Shown: one piece after another, positions 27,911-37,772 of the stretch
Layout of the letters: every line of letters starts with the position of its first letter
How positions within the stretch are numbered: position 1 is the first letter of the stretch
Source: an uncultured bacterium
GTDB lineage: Bacteria; Babelota; Babeliae; Babelales; RVW-14
Length of the DNA stretch: 64,000 bases
Assembly (NCBI GenBank): GCA_963759805.1
Contig: CAVXAT010000001.1
Location: forward strand, 256,001-320,000
Reading direction: 5' to 3'
Program-made: the position numbers and the translations under genes
The notes under the pieces: generated by a model
What the model saw: only the letters and a program-made list of their open reading frames with translations
The model's database searches: none
What the model was told of the DNA's origin: nothing

Positions 27911-28498
27911 TCATCTAATTCCAAGATTTTGCTTAATTATTTTGATTATATCGCTGGCAGCATCATCTAAGTTATTATTTTGCACGTGGTAGTTAAAATT
28001 TTTTTCTTTGGCTTCGCGTTCTATTTCATGTAAGGCAATTTCTAGCCGTTTTTGGACCACCTCCGGTAAGTCGGTTTTGCGTTTCTCAAGACGTTTTTGT
28101 AGCTCTTCGACACTAGAAACTGTTATCCATATTGTTACTGCATCTGGAATTATGTTTTTCTTAAAGTTATTTGCTCCATCTATATCAGTAATTATTATAA
28201 ATGATTTACCATTTTTCATGTCTTGGATGATAGACATAGGCGAACCATAGTAATAATCGGCATACTTTGTCGTTTCAAGGAAAAAACCTTGCCTTTCCCT
28301 TTTTAAAAATTCTTTTTGCGAAAGGAAATAGTAATCAACACCGTCTATCTCCCTGGGCCTTGGGGGACGGGTGGTGAATGTTATGACTCTTTCGATTGGG
28401 ATAGGTGGATTTAATTTTGAAATTACATTTGTTACGACAGATGTTTTGCCCGCTCCAGATGGGGCTGCAACAATGAATAATCGGCCTTCTTTTAACAT
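27911..28498 (-). CDS. gmk: Guanylate kinase
   Basis: APSGAGKTS, TTRPPRPREIDGVDYYF and YYGSP. Confidence 0.96.
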   Translation of the reverse strand: MLKEGRLFIVAAPSGAGKTSVVTNVISKLNPPIPIERVITFTTRPPRPREIDGVDYYFLSQKEFLKRERQGFFLETTKYADYYYGSPMSIIQDMKNGKSFIIITDIDGANNFKKNIIPDAVTIWITVSSVEELQKRLEKRKTDLPEVVQKRLEIALHEIEREAKEKNFNYHVQNNNLDDAASDIIKIIKQNLGIR

Positions 28499-28672
28499 AA
28501 AATCCTTTTTTGCTTAATCTTGTGTTTAAATTTAAAGTCTAATTCTAACTTTGTTTATTGTATAAAATGAATAATTAATAAATAAACTTGATATTTTAAC
28601 GTTAGAATCTATAATTTCCTAGCAAAGTTTTAAATTATTTCATGAGTAGAATGGCTTGCTTTAAGGAATAAT

Positions 28673-30391
28673 GTGTTTAAATATATTTTTAAAATAGCAG
28701 TGTGGACTACTGTTTTAAGTTCCAGTTTTTTGTTTGCATTTAATAAATCAAATAAAGAGATTCGTGTGGAGGATTTGCATATTTTTAATATTTTTAATAA
28801 TGCAAAAGTTGTTTTAATGGAGGATCTTGCGGCTGCAAGTCATTCGACTGAAAGTCATTCGACTGTAGGTCCTTCGACCGTAGCCCAAAAACCTTCTGAG
28901 ACAAAGCCATTTGAAAAGATGTCCTTGGATTTGGTAAAAAAAGAGATTGAATTGCTAAAAGAGATTATACAGGGGTTTAACAATGGACTTCTGCTCCTTG
29001 TTGAGTATAAATTTGTCAGTGTATGCAATTTTTTTAGGCAGCTTGATGCCATTGAACCTAGGAACATCAGGGCATTTAAACGCAAAGTAACCAAATTTGA
29101 TAATTTTATTCAGGATTATAGTTTGAAAAAAAAGAGCATGTTGGATAAGGATGAAGTTGAATTATGTGAAAAAATTTTAAACTTCAATCAAATTTTATTA
29201 ACATGCTTTTTGCGGTATGACTTTTATAATATTGATACGGTTGACAGGGTCATAGATGCCTGTTTTTTCAGGCCGGTTGAAATTATGGGTGAGTACCCAC
29301 TCGCAACCTCTGTCGTCATAGTTGTTTTATCCATTTTATTTTTTCGCTACTGTGTTTATCCTTATTTTAATAATTTTTATAATTGTGACGAAAATGGTCC
29401 GGTGGAAGATAATGGGCAGTTAAAAAAAATTGATCCAAAGAGCGTTGCCTTAGATGAGGAGCATCCAACATTAGAGAACAAAAATAGGCAAATTGATGTT
29501 GCCCAGATTAAAGTTTTTCCGCAAAACGGTAGGATGTGTGGAGCGCATGCAGCCTTTAGGTTGATAGCTTTTCATGAAAGTCATGGAGATGTAGTGCAGG
29601 CGTACAGAATTGCCAATGATGCCAAAAGATTTAATGAATGTTGTAGCCATTGGTCTGAGATTACAGGTGTAAGCAGTTTAAATGATCTTCATTCACGTCA
29701 TCTGGATACTATAATAAAAGATTATAATGTAGCCCATACGGATAATCCAATTCCTGCGGATGATTATATGATTATTGATGATAGCAAGGGGGTTCGTGAT
29801 CCTTCATCAGGGTTCTTTGCGGAAACTTATGGAATTGACGATGAGGTGGATAGCTTAGGTGTAGTGCCAGGTAAGAGGACAAGATTGAACGCGGGACGTA
29901 CGCAGTATGTTATTATTAACACAGCAGAAAATGGCGTTCCGTCAGAATTCGGGGAGCATAAAGATTCGGACAAGGCTGAACAGATGCAAGATAAAAAAGA
30001 TGAGGGCCCAAAGGACAAAGAAAAGCCCAAAGAAGGGACAGATCAAAAGCCTAAAGACGGCCAACAGTATAAAGAACAATCCAAAGAAGGTACGGTGCCG
30101 CAGCCGGAAACCGAACAATCATGGTTTGGGCAGCTGATGGATTTTATTTTTGGAAAAAACAGTGATGGTTCCGGAAATAGTGGCAGTGCAGGGAAAAATG
30201 CATCTACTGCCAAAAGAAGTAAAAAATGGTATAGGACTTCTTATGGACACTGGCTGCCATTTATGTTTGTGCCTGACCCCGGTGTCAAAGATGGGGTTAG
30301 GGTTATAATGGCCGATTCAATGGGAAATCCTGATCGAACAAGAGATCCTATTTTGACTGGATTACACAGAATGTTGGTTCACGGTTCATAA
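28673..30391 (+). CDS. Exported/membrane protein with a possible papain-fold (Josephin-like) protease domain
   Basis: Signal peptide, one TM segment, then Q-x4-C-x2-H, IINT, GHW and ADS motifs. Confidence 0.55.
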   Translation: MFKYIFKIAVWTTVLSSSFLFAFNKSNKEIRVEDLHIFNIFNNAKVVLMEDLAAASHSTESHSTVGPSTVAQKPSETKPFEKMSLDLVKKEIELLKEIIQGFNNGLLLLVEYKFVSVCNFFRQLDAIEPRNIRAFKRKVTKFDNFIQDYSLKKKSMLDKDEVELCEKILNFNQILLTCFLRYDFYNIDTVDRVIDACFFRPVEIMGEYPLATSVVIVVLSILFFRYCVYPYFNNFYNCDENGPVEDNGQLKKIDPKSVALDEEHPTLENKNRQIDVAQIKVFPQNGRMCGAHAAFRLIAFHESHGDVVQAYRIANDAKRFNECCSHWSEITGVSSLNDLHSRHLDTIIKDYNVAHTDNPIPADDYMIIDDSKGVRDPSSGFFAETYGIDDEVDSLGVVPGKRTRLNAGRTQYVIINTAENGVPSEFGEHKDSDKAEQMQDKKDEGPKDKEKPKEGTDQKPKDGQQYKEQSKEGTVPQPETEQSWFGQLMDFIFGKNSDGSGNSGSAGKNASTAKRSKKWYRTSYGHWLPFMFVPDPGVKDGVRVIMADSMGNPDRTRDPILTGLHRMLVHGS

Positions 30392-30455
30392 AAACTTGCT
30401 ATACTTTGAACAAGAAGAAAATTTTAAGTTGGCCTGAAAAGAAATAGGTTGAAAA

Positions 30456-31916
30456 ATGAATAAGTTACCGGATATTAATAAGGATTTTACTCAGTGGTAT
30501 CAGGAGGTTATTTATCAAGCAGAGTTAGTTGACCAGAGCGAAGTTAAAGGGTGCTTTGTTTTCCGTCCATACAGTTTTGCAATTTGGGAAAACATTCAAT
30601 CAGAACTTAATAAAAAAATTAAAGAGACGGGCACGCAAAATGCGTATTTTCCGCTTTTTATTCCGGAATCATTTATAAAGCGTGAGGCAAAACATGTTGA
30701 GGGTTTTTCTCCCGAATTAGCTGTTGTTACAATTGCAGGGGGCGAAAAGTTGGAAGAGCCTTTGGTCGTACGTCCAACATCTGAAACTATTATTTATTCA
30801 ATGTTTTCCCGTTGGATAAAGTCATGGCGCGATCTGCCTTTAAAGATAAATCAGTGGGCCAACGTAGTTCGTTGGGAGATGCGAACAAGGCCATTTATTC
30901 GAAGCACCGAATTTTTGTGGCAGGAGGGGCATACTGCACACTATTCGCATGAAGAGGCTGAGCAGATGGCGGCACAGGCTTTAGATGCCTATCAAGATAT
31001 TTATGAAAATTATTTGGCTATTCCTGTTATTCGTGGGCAAAAATCAGAGTCAGAAAAATTTGCCGGCGGTGAAAAAACTTACTCGCTTGAAGGGATGATG
31101 CAGGACGGCAAAGCATTGCAGTTGTGCACATCACACATTTTGGCACAATCATTTCCGGAGGCTTTTGGAGTAAAATTTCAAGACAAAGATGGTACAATGA
31201 AAACCCCATACTGTACCAGTTGGGGATTTACCACAAGATCGATTGGTGCCATGATTATGGTCCATGGCGATCAAAACGGATTGATTATTCCTCCAAGAAT
31301 TGCACCTGTTCAGTGTGTTATTATCCCAATCTATAAAACTGATGCAGAGAAAGCTTCTGTTTTACAAAAAGCAGAGCAGATTAAGTCTCGACTTGATTCT
31401 AACGGTTTTAGGGTTGTTCTTGATGCTGACGAAAATAAAACGCCGGGTTCAAAATTTTATGAATGGGAACTCAAAGGTGTTCCTGTTCGAATTGAAATTG
31501 GGCCAAAGGATTTGGAAAAAAATCAGGCAGTTTTTGTTAATCGCGTTGAACAAGACCCAGCCTTCGCCAAGGCTTCGGCGGGCAAGCGCAAATTGAAAGA
31601 GTTCGTGCCGCTTGATTCCGTAGACGTTGCATTAAAACGAATGCTTGATTCTATTCATCAGCAGATGTTTGATCGAGCAAAAAAATTTAGATCGGAACAT
31701 TTTTATGAAGCTGAAAAATTAAAAGACTTTGGGCCCGAGCTTGATGTAAAAAATGGATTTTATAAAGTAGGGTGGTGTGGTTCCCCGGATTGTGAGGGGG
31801 AATTAAAGCAGTTTAAATCGTCGATTCGCTGCCTTTTAGAAAAAAAAGAACATGATACTTGCTTTCATTGTCAAAAATCTAGTAATTTCGAAGTCGTAGT
31901 TGCAAAGGCTTACTAA
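30456..31916 (+). CDS. proS: Proline--tRNA ligase (archaeal/eukaryal type, no insertion editing domain)
   Basis: VRPTSET, QWANVVRWE, FLWQEGHT and C-terminal AKAY. Confidence 0.97.
   Translation: MNKLPDINKDFTQWYQEVIYQAELVDQSEVKGCFVFRPYSFAIWENIQSELNKKIKETGTQNAYFPLFIPESFIKREAKHVEGFSPELAVVTIAGGEKLEEPLVVRPTSETIIYSMFSRWIKSWRDLPLKINQWANVVRWEMRTRPFIRSTEFLWQEGHTAHYSHEEAEQMAAQALDAYQDIYENYLAIPVIRGQKSESEKFAGGEKTYSLEGMMQDGKALQLCTSHILAQSFPEAFGVKFQDKDGTMKTPYCTSWGFTTRSIGAMIMVHGDQNGLIIPPRIAPVQCVIIPIYKTDAEKASVLQKAEQIKSRLDSNGFRVVLDADENKTPGSKFYEWELKGVPVRIEIGPKDLEKNQAVFVNRVEQDPAFAKASAGKRKLKEFVPLDSVDVALKRMLDSIHQQMFDRAKKFRSEHFYEAEKLKDFGPELDVKNGFYKVGWCGSPDCEGELKQFKSSIRCLLEKKEHDTCFHCQKSSNFEVVVAKAY
31557..31586. repeat. 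In-frame palindrome in proS (PAFAKASAGK)
   Basis: CCAGCCTTCGCCAAGGCTTCGGCGGGCAAG; related to 13323-13355 and 48185-48212. Confidence 0.85.
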
Positions 31917-31962
31917 ACCTGTACTAGTTTTTTTACGTGAAACTTAGAGGGGTAAAGGTATC

Positions 31963-32892
31963 ATGCAAGATCAAAGTGGTGCGATAGATTATTATGCCAA
32001 TTTCCACGGCTATCTTCTAACCGAAAAACGCGTATCACAAAATACGTTTTTAGCATATAAACGGGATATTGATCAGTTTGGATTATTCCTAAAGCAACGC
32101 AGGGTAGAGATCGGTAGATGTAAAAAGGATCATCTTAAGGCCTTCTTAAAATATTTAAAGGATCAAGGTCTTTCTGCTAAAAGTTTGTCGCGCAAAATAT
32201 CATCAATAAAACGTTTTTATGATTTTTTAAATTCAAAATATGAGGTTCCAAATATCTCCTCTACCCTAACATTTCCCAAAATTGAAAAAACTTTACCTAA
32301 GTATCTTACTGAATCTGAACTTAAGAAATTACTGAATGCTGCCAATCTTGACCATTCAATTAAAGGTCAGAGAAATAAAGTTATGTTATATCTACTCTAC
32401 GCTACCGGTGTAAGAGTTTCTGAACTTGTTAATTTGACATTTGATCAGATTCATTTTGATACAGGATTTATTCAACTTGTTGGAAAAGGAAACAAAGAAC
32501 GCTCTATCCCCCTGCCTAAAAATATTTTAGAACTGCTAAGATATTATCGTGAGCAGATTTATCCTAAATTAATTCCGGCAAATATTGGTATTGAGCGTAA
32601 TCAGCAAAATTTTATTTTTATTACATTGCATAAAAACCATACCAAGCCTATGTCCAGGCAACTCTTCTGGCTTGCTTTAAAAAATATTCTGAGCAAATCC
32701 AATATTTTGAAAAATATATCCCCACACAGTCTGCGCCACTCTTTGGCAACTCATCTTTTTGAAAAAGGCGCGGATATTCGGTCGTTACAATTAATTTTGG
32801 GACACGAAAACCTTTCTACTGTCCAGATCTACACGCATCTTGAGAATAAACAGGTAAGAAAGGTTTATGATGAGAAGCATCCGAGGGCATAA
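31963..32892 (+). CDS. xerD: Tyrosine recombinase, XerD-like
   Basis: LYATGVRVSEL, GKGNKER, HSLRH, LGHENLSTVQIYTH and C-terminal HPRA. Confidence 0.85.
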   Translation: MQDQSGAIDYYANFHGYLLTEKRVSQNTFLAYKRDIDQFGLFLKQRRVEIGRCKKDHLKAFLKYLKDQGLSAKSLSRKISSIKRFYDFLNSKYEVPNISSTLTFPKIEKTLPKYLTESELKKLLNAANLDHSIKGQRNKVMLYLLYATGVRVSELVNLTFDQIHFDTGFIQLVGKGNKERSIPLPKNILELLRYYREQIYPKLIPANIGIERNQQNFIFITLHKNHTKPMSRQLFWLALKNILSKSNILKNISPHSLRHSLATHLFEKGADIRSLQLILGHENLSTVQIYTHLENKQVRKVYDEKHPRA

Positions 32893-33286
32893 TTGCCTGA
32901 AATAGCTATACGACTAACTTAACTGTCACCCTGTCCTCTTCTAATAGTAAGCTTCTACCGGTTGCATTGTCTCTAGATCTTTTGCCGTTCGCATTGCCCC
33001 TAGAAGCATTTTTTCACATTCTGGCGGGTGTTTTTTTCTGATGAGAATCAACAATGCTGTTTGTAGCCTGCATGCGTTAAGATCGCCACGGGCTGTTATT
33101 GCATTCAAAATCCTTTGCAAATATACTACACTGCCATGCTTGGCGGCCCAATCCAATGCAGTATAGCCATCCGCTCCTGCATTCAAAAGAATATCAAAAC
33201 ATCGTGTAAGGTTATTTTTTGCAGCATAATACAATGCTGTAAGGCCAACTCCGTTAACAGCATTAAAGTCTGCGCCTGCATCTAAA

Positions 33287-34642
33287 CAGGACTTCCTCAA
33301 AATAACAAACTGCCTGATCTAGTCTGATCTACAAAAAAAATGTACTCTCTCAGAAGGGTTTGATCGTACAAATCAAAATCTGAGGAGAGTACAATGCTTT
33401 ATTCAAGCACAGTTCTAAAATATCCAGTCTTAACATTGTTGTCTAGAGGCAAGAGAAGCTTCGAAAATATGGGATTACTAATTCAGCGAAGTGGTGACAC
33501 TGTAAAAAGGTTGCTACATCCAGCAGCGCACAGCTTCAACGTATCAAGAAGCATTTGCCAATCTATGTTTGCAAAAAATGAAATTTTATGTGTAGGCATT
33601 GATGATACCTTGTTGCGAAAAATTTATTCGAGATTTATGCAGGGTGCTGGAATGTTCTTTGATACGAAAATTGGTCGCAGTATCATGGCTTACAAGTTGG
33701 TGATTGGCATAATCACAGATGGTAAATTTGCAATCCCAATCGATTGTGCGTACATTTTTGCAAAAGAAATTCTCGATTCAATCGACGAAAAATTTCCAAC
33801 AAAAGATGAAATTGCAAAATCATTTGTAAAAACAGCCATAAAACTTTTCCCAGACAAGAAAATAATTGTGGTTGTTGATGGACTTTACACATCAGTCGAG
33901 TTTGTACGATGGTGCAGGCTCGAAAACATCAAACTGGAGGCTCGAATGCATAGCAATCGCGTTGTTGAATACGATGGCGAGCGAATCAAAATTAAAGATC
34001 TTTTGAAGAAAAAGGGATTGCGGCCCAAGGGCCGTCAGATGGCTCGTACAATATCTGTCGCTTGGCATTCAATTGATCTAGAGCTTACAATCGTGCGTCG
34101 TTTTGACAAAAAAGGCAGAGAATCGATTGTCTTTCAAGTGGCAACATATAAAGCTTTGCCTCGTGAACATGTTGCAAACTATAAAAAACGATGGAAAGTT
34201 GAAGAGCTGAACAGAACCACAAAACAAGAAATCGGGTTGCAAGAATGTTTTTCTAGATCGCTTGAAACACAGCACAATCATGTAGCGTCTGTGCTTTTGG
34301 CTTATGCGTTTGCCCAGCTGGAGCGCAAATTTTCTAGACTTGATAACGTAGAACAAGCGCTCAGACGGTTTGAGACGAAAACTGTGAACTTTTTAATTGA
34401 TAGATTTTCTAGATTTTCAAAGGGCTTTCAGCACTTTGATGCGTGAGTCCTGTGAAACACAGCACAATCATGTAGCGTCTGTGCTTTTGGCTTATGCGTT
34501 TGCCCAGCTGGAGCGCAAATTTTCTAGACTTGATAACGTAGAACAAGCGCTCAGACGGTTTGAGACGAAAACTGTGAACTTTTTAATTGATAGATTTTCT
34601 AGATTTTCAAAGGGCTTTCAGCACTTTGATGCGTGAGTCCTG
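33287..34642 (+). mobile_element. IS701/IS4-like insertion sequence with duplicated right end
   Basis: Ends CAGGACTTCCTCA and TGCGTGAGTCCTG; TSD TCTAAA at 33281-33286 and 34643-34648; 34263-34452 repeated at 34453-34642. Confidence 0.9.
33394..34446 (+). CDS. DDE transposase
   Basis: GIDDT, VVDGLY and YKKRWKVEE motifs. Confidence 0.92.
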   Translation: MLYSSTVLKYPVLTLLSRGKRSFENMGLLIQRSGDTVKRLLHPAAHSFNVSRSICQSMFAKNEILCVGIDDTLLRKIYSRFMQGAGMFFDTKIGRSIMAYKLVIGIITDGKFAIPIDCAYIFAKEILDSIDEKFPTKDEIAKSFVKTAIKLFPDKKIIVVVDGLYTSVEFVRWCRLENIKLEARMHSNRVVEYDGERIKIKDLLKKKGLRPKGRQMARTISVAWHSIDLELTIVRRFDKKGRESIVFQVATYKALPREHVANYKKRWKVEELNRTTKQEIGLQECFSRSLETQHNHVASVLLAYAFAQLERKFSRLDNVEQALRRFETKTVNFLIDRFSRFSKGFQHFDA

Positions 34643-35370
34643 TCTAAAAGAATTTTTAAACATTCTACTTTGTCTCTAACGACAGTACAATGTAGCACTG
34701 TATGCCCATTTTCATCAGCGGCATTAACATTGGCTCCTGCGGCTAAAAGGATTTTTACGCATTCTGTCAGTCCATTACTTGCAGCCTCATGTAACGCTGT
34801 ATGGCCAAATACATCAACGGCATCAAGGTCTGCTCCTGCGTTACGAAGAAGTTTTGCTATTTCCGTTGGAGTTAGTTTATTTCTTAAAGTTTTGTTAACA
34901 TTAGCTACCCGAACAAGGTTTTTTATGGCATTCAAAATCTTTTCTGGTGTATCTACTGACCCAACAATTTGATCAAAGATATTTTCAAATACCCCTGGCA
35001 TTATTAATGTTCCCAAAACCTCATCTTCTCCCACATCTATTATTGTCGCCTCTGCTCCTGCCCCTTGCTCCATTCCCATCATTGCAGATGGAAGTTGTAG
35101 GGTTAACATTGCTGCTAACATTAATTTTTTCATACATTCCATGATTAGCCTTTCATTATTTTTAACCTACTAATTTTTATTAATGGTCTTTTAATGAATT
35201 TTCCGTACAAATCTGATTGTAAAGAAATAGCATTAAAAAACAAAAGTGGCTTGCCTGCCATATATGTTTTATTGACATCTGCTTAACTATATCATTTAGC
35301 ATGCTAACAATTTCGGGATTTTGCTCCATACGGTTCATAGAATACAAATTTTCTGGCTAGCCGTCTTGCG

Positions 35371-36294
35371 TTACACAAGTTTTTGAGTTGCCTGCAAAAG
35401 TATTTTTACGCATTCTTCATTACAAGCCAAATTCAATGCTGTTTTGCCTTTCTTATCAGTGGCATTGACATCAGCACCTGCCTGCAAAAGTATTTTTATG
35501 CATTCTGCATTACCATTACTAGCAGCATGCAATGCTGTTTGGCCATCTTTATCAGTGGCATTAATATCAGTGCCTGCCTGCAAAAGTATTTTTACGCACT
35601 CTACATTACCCCATGTAGCAGCCGAATGCAATGCTGTTTGGCCATATTTATTAGTGGCATTAACATTGGCTCCTGTGGCTAAAAGTATTTTTACGCATTC
35701 TGCATGACCAACTGCATGACCAAGATAAGCAGCCGAATGCAATGCTGTTTGGCCATCTTTATCAGTGGCATTAACATTGGCTCCTGCGGCTAAAAGTATT
35801 TTTACGCACTCTACATTACCCCATGTAGCAGCCGAATGCAATGCTGTTTGGCCATATTTATCAGTGGCATTAATATCAGTGCCTGCCTGCAAAAGTATTT
35901 TTACGCACTCTACATTACCCCATGTAGCAGCCAAATGCAATGCTGTTTTGCCATCTTTATTAGTGGCATTAATATCAGTGCCTGCAGCTAAAAGAATCCC
36001 GCCTATTCGTTCTGGGGTTAATAATGAATTAAAATCTTTGTTGATTTTTCGTAATCTAACGATTTTTTTAATAGCAGCCAAAATCTTTTCCGGTGTATCT
36101 ATTGGCCCATCGCTCAAGATCATCGTGACAAGTATCATAAAGTTATCCATTGATACTAATTCTGCAAGCGACGAGTCTGAATCTGGTTTCGATTGTGAAT
36201 TAGGTGCGATTGCACAAAAAGATGATGATGTTTGAAGGGACAGCATCATCAAAGGTATTAAAAATAAACGCTTCTCCATGATATAACCTTCCAT
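35371..36294 (-). CDS. Ankyrin-repeat protein with signal peptide
   Basis: About six GxTALHxAA repeats, near-identical 99-bp units; N-terminal domain paralogous to the interrupted gene. Confidence 0.93.
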   Translation of the reverse strand: MEGYIMEKRLFLIPLMMLSLQTSSSFCAIAPNSQSKPDSDSSLAELVSMDNFMILVTMILSDGPIDTPEKILAAIKKIVRLRKINKDFNSLLTPERIGGILLAAGTDINATNKDGKTALHLAATWGNVECVKILLQAGTDINATDKYGQTALHSAATWGNVECVKILLAAGANVNATDKDGQTALHSAAYLGHAVGHAECVKILLATGANVNATNKYGQTALHSAATWGNVECVKILLQAGTDINATDKDGQTALHAASNGNAECIKILLQAGADVNATDKKGKTALNLACNEECVKILLQATQKLV

Positions 36295-36496
36295 TATAAA
36301 TTGCTTTAGATTTTACTGGGGCCAACACAGCGCCCAGCATTACCGTTAATTCTACCACAAGATAAAATAATTACAAACGGTAAAAGAGGCTGAATTTTGT
36401 GTTTTATACAAAATATTAATATTTAATTTGATAAAATACATTGAAATATGCAAAAATTGCATAAAAACGAGACAGAAAGGTATTTAATGGCATAAA

Positions 36497-36526
36497 AAGA
36501 AGCCTCGCATAAGAACGAGGCTTCTT
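36497..36526 (-). terminator. Intrinsic terminator
   Basis: AAGAAGCCTCG...CGAGGCTTCTT with an adjacent A tract on the plus strand. Confidence 0.7.
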
Positions 36527-36550
36527 AATCTCAACTTCTTAATTCCAACA

Positions 36551-36946
36551 TTAGTATTTCAGAGATGGAACAAATGAACCTGAAACTGAAGCGCCTGGTA
36601 TTTGTTTTCCGTTATTATCTGTTATGATTGCTTTAATTGATGATTTTGAGTTAGGATCCGTTGAAATAGTAATACCGCTCACCTGTGCAGTTAACGTGAT
36701 ATATATCAATCCAGTATATTGTGATGTATTTGGACTTACTGGTATTGTTTGGGGGGAGAGATTATATGTAATAGTCCCCTTATAGCCATAATTAATAGAT
36801 TGTGTTGTATTTACCTTTACATTAATACCTTTTTCACTCAAATCCGTAATTAAATTTGTGAAAATTAAACTAGCTGCAAACATTGCTGTAGCACTAAGTT
36901 GTGTGAAAACTACTAGCAACGCCAATATCTTTAAACTACTTCTCAT
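36551..36946 (-). CDS. Small exported beta-rich hypothetical protein
   Basis: GGGAGA RBS, signal peptide MRSSLKILALLVVFTQLSATAMFA and S/T/I-rich body. Confidence 0.7.
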   Translation of the reverse strand: MRSSLKILALLVVFTQLSATAMFAASLIFTNLITDLSEKGINVKVNTTQSINYGYKGTITYNLSPQTIPVSPNTSQYTGLIYITLTAQVSGITISTDPNSKSSIKAIITDNNGKQIPGASVSGSFVPSLKY

Positions 36947-37054
36947 GGATTCTCCCTTTTCCCAAAAAATTAATAAAATACTGCTACCAAACTTGTTTAC
37001 TCTAAATTTATGATAGCAAAGCGATTGACAGGTTGTCAATTAAGCGTGAAAAGA

Positions 37055-37660
37055 TTATTTCAGAACGCAGCCAGTCATTTTTTGCCAGATAATAAGATCC
37101 AATCGGGAATGAGCAAGCCCAAATTTGGCTAAAATTTGCTCAAAATCGAGATAATGCTTTGGGTTTAAGTGTTTGGGAATAGAAGAAATCAGATTTTGCT
37201 GCAGTAAAAATCGTAAAATATGACGATCTATGATAGCAACATCATCAAACCCAACGTTGCGTAAAAAATGAGAGGCCTCTTTGTACCCCAACCCCTTAAT
37301 ATTTTTGACCAAAAATTCACGGGCTTGCGGTCCAGGTAAATTCTCAATTTTACTTTTAATATCAATAAACTCTCTTGCTTGTACTATGAATTTTGCTTTA
37401 TTGTTGTGAAATCTGTGCTTATTACTTCTAATAATTTGCGCGAGTTCTTGTTGGGTTAAATTTATAAAACCTTGGAGGCCTATCTCTTTTTGAATGCGGA
37501 TAGCAGTTTCAGCTTTTGAATTTGCTGTCAGAATGCAAAAGCATAACTCGCTGAACCAATGTTTTGTATCAAGCTTGTTTAATTGCTTGAACTCTTTGAG
37601 CCGTGTTTCTATTAAATCGTTGGTTTGTAAATTTAACATATTATACTCTTTTGTGTGCAT
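37055..37660 (-). CDS. ogg: 8-oxoguanine DNA glycosylase/AP lyase (archaeal/Thermotoga type)
   Basis: ELCFCILTAN, HRFHN, KGLGYKEASHFLRNVG, AIIDRH and terminal VLK. Confidence 0.9.
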   Translation of the reverse strand: MHTKEYNMLNLQTNDLIETRLKEFKQLNKLDTKHWFSELCFCILTANSKAETAIRIQKEIGLQGFINLTQQELAQIIRSNKHRFHNNKAKFIVQAREFIDIKSKIENLPGPQAREFLVKNIKGLGYKEASHFLRNVGFDDVAIIDRHILRFLLQQNLISSIPKHLNPKHYLDFEQILAKFGLAHSRLDLIIWQKMTGCVLK

Positions 37661-37772
37661 CTACAACTTGGCTGATTTGTCTTGATGTTGTATAATACTA
37701 GAAGTGTAAAAACATGCAAAGTAATTTACGACGTAAGTAAAATAAATTTCATTGAGTACGAAGGAATTTGAT

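Larger units (their letters stand above)
32941..35142 (-). pseudogene. Ankyrin-repeat gene interrupted by an IS
   Basis: Removing the IS and one TCTAAA copy rejoins ...ECLKILL-DAGADFNAVN... in frame (840 bp, 279 aa). Confidence 0.9.

Noticed and set aside
34397..34636. Second transposase gene
   Set aside because: It is only the duplicated 190-bp IS end.
31963..36294. Prophage or integrative element driven by the tyrosine recombinase
   Set aside because: The protein looks like housekeeping XerD and no phage genes or att repeats were seen.
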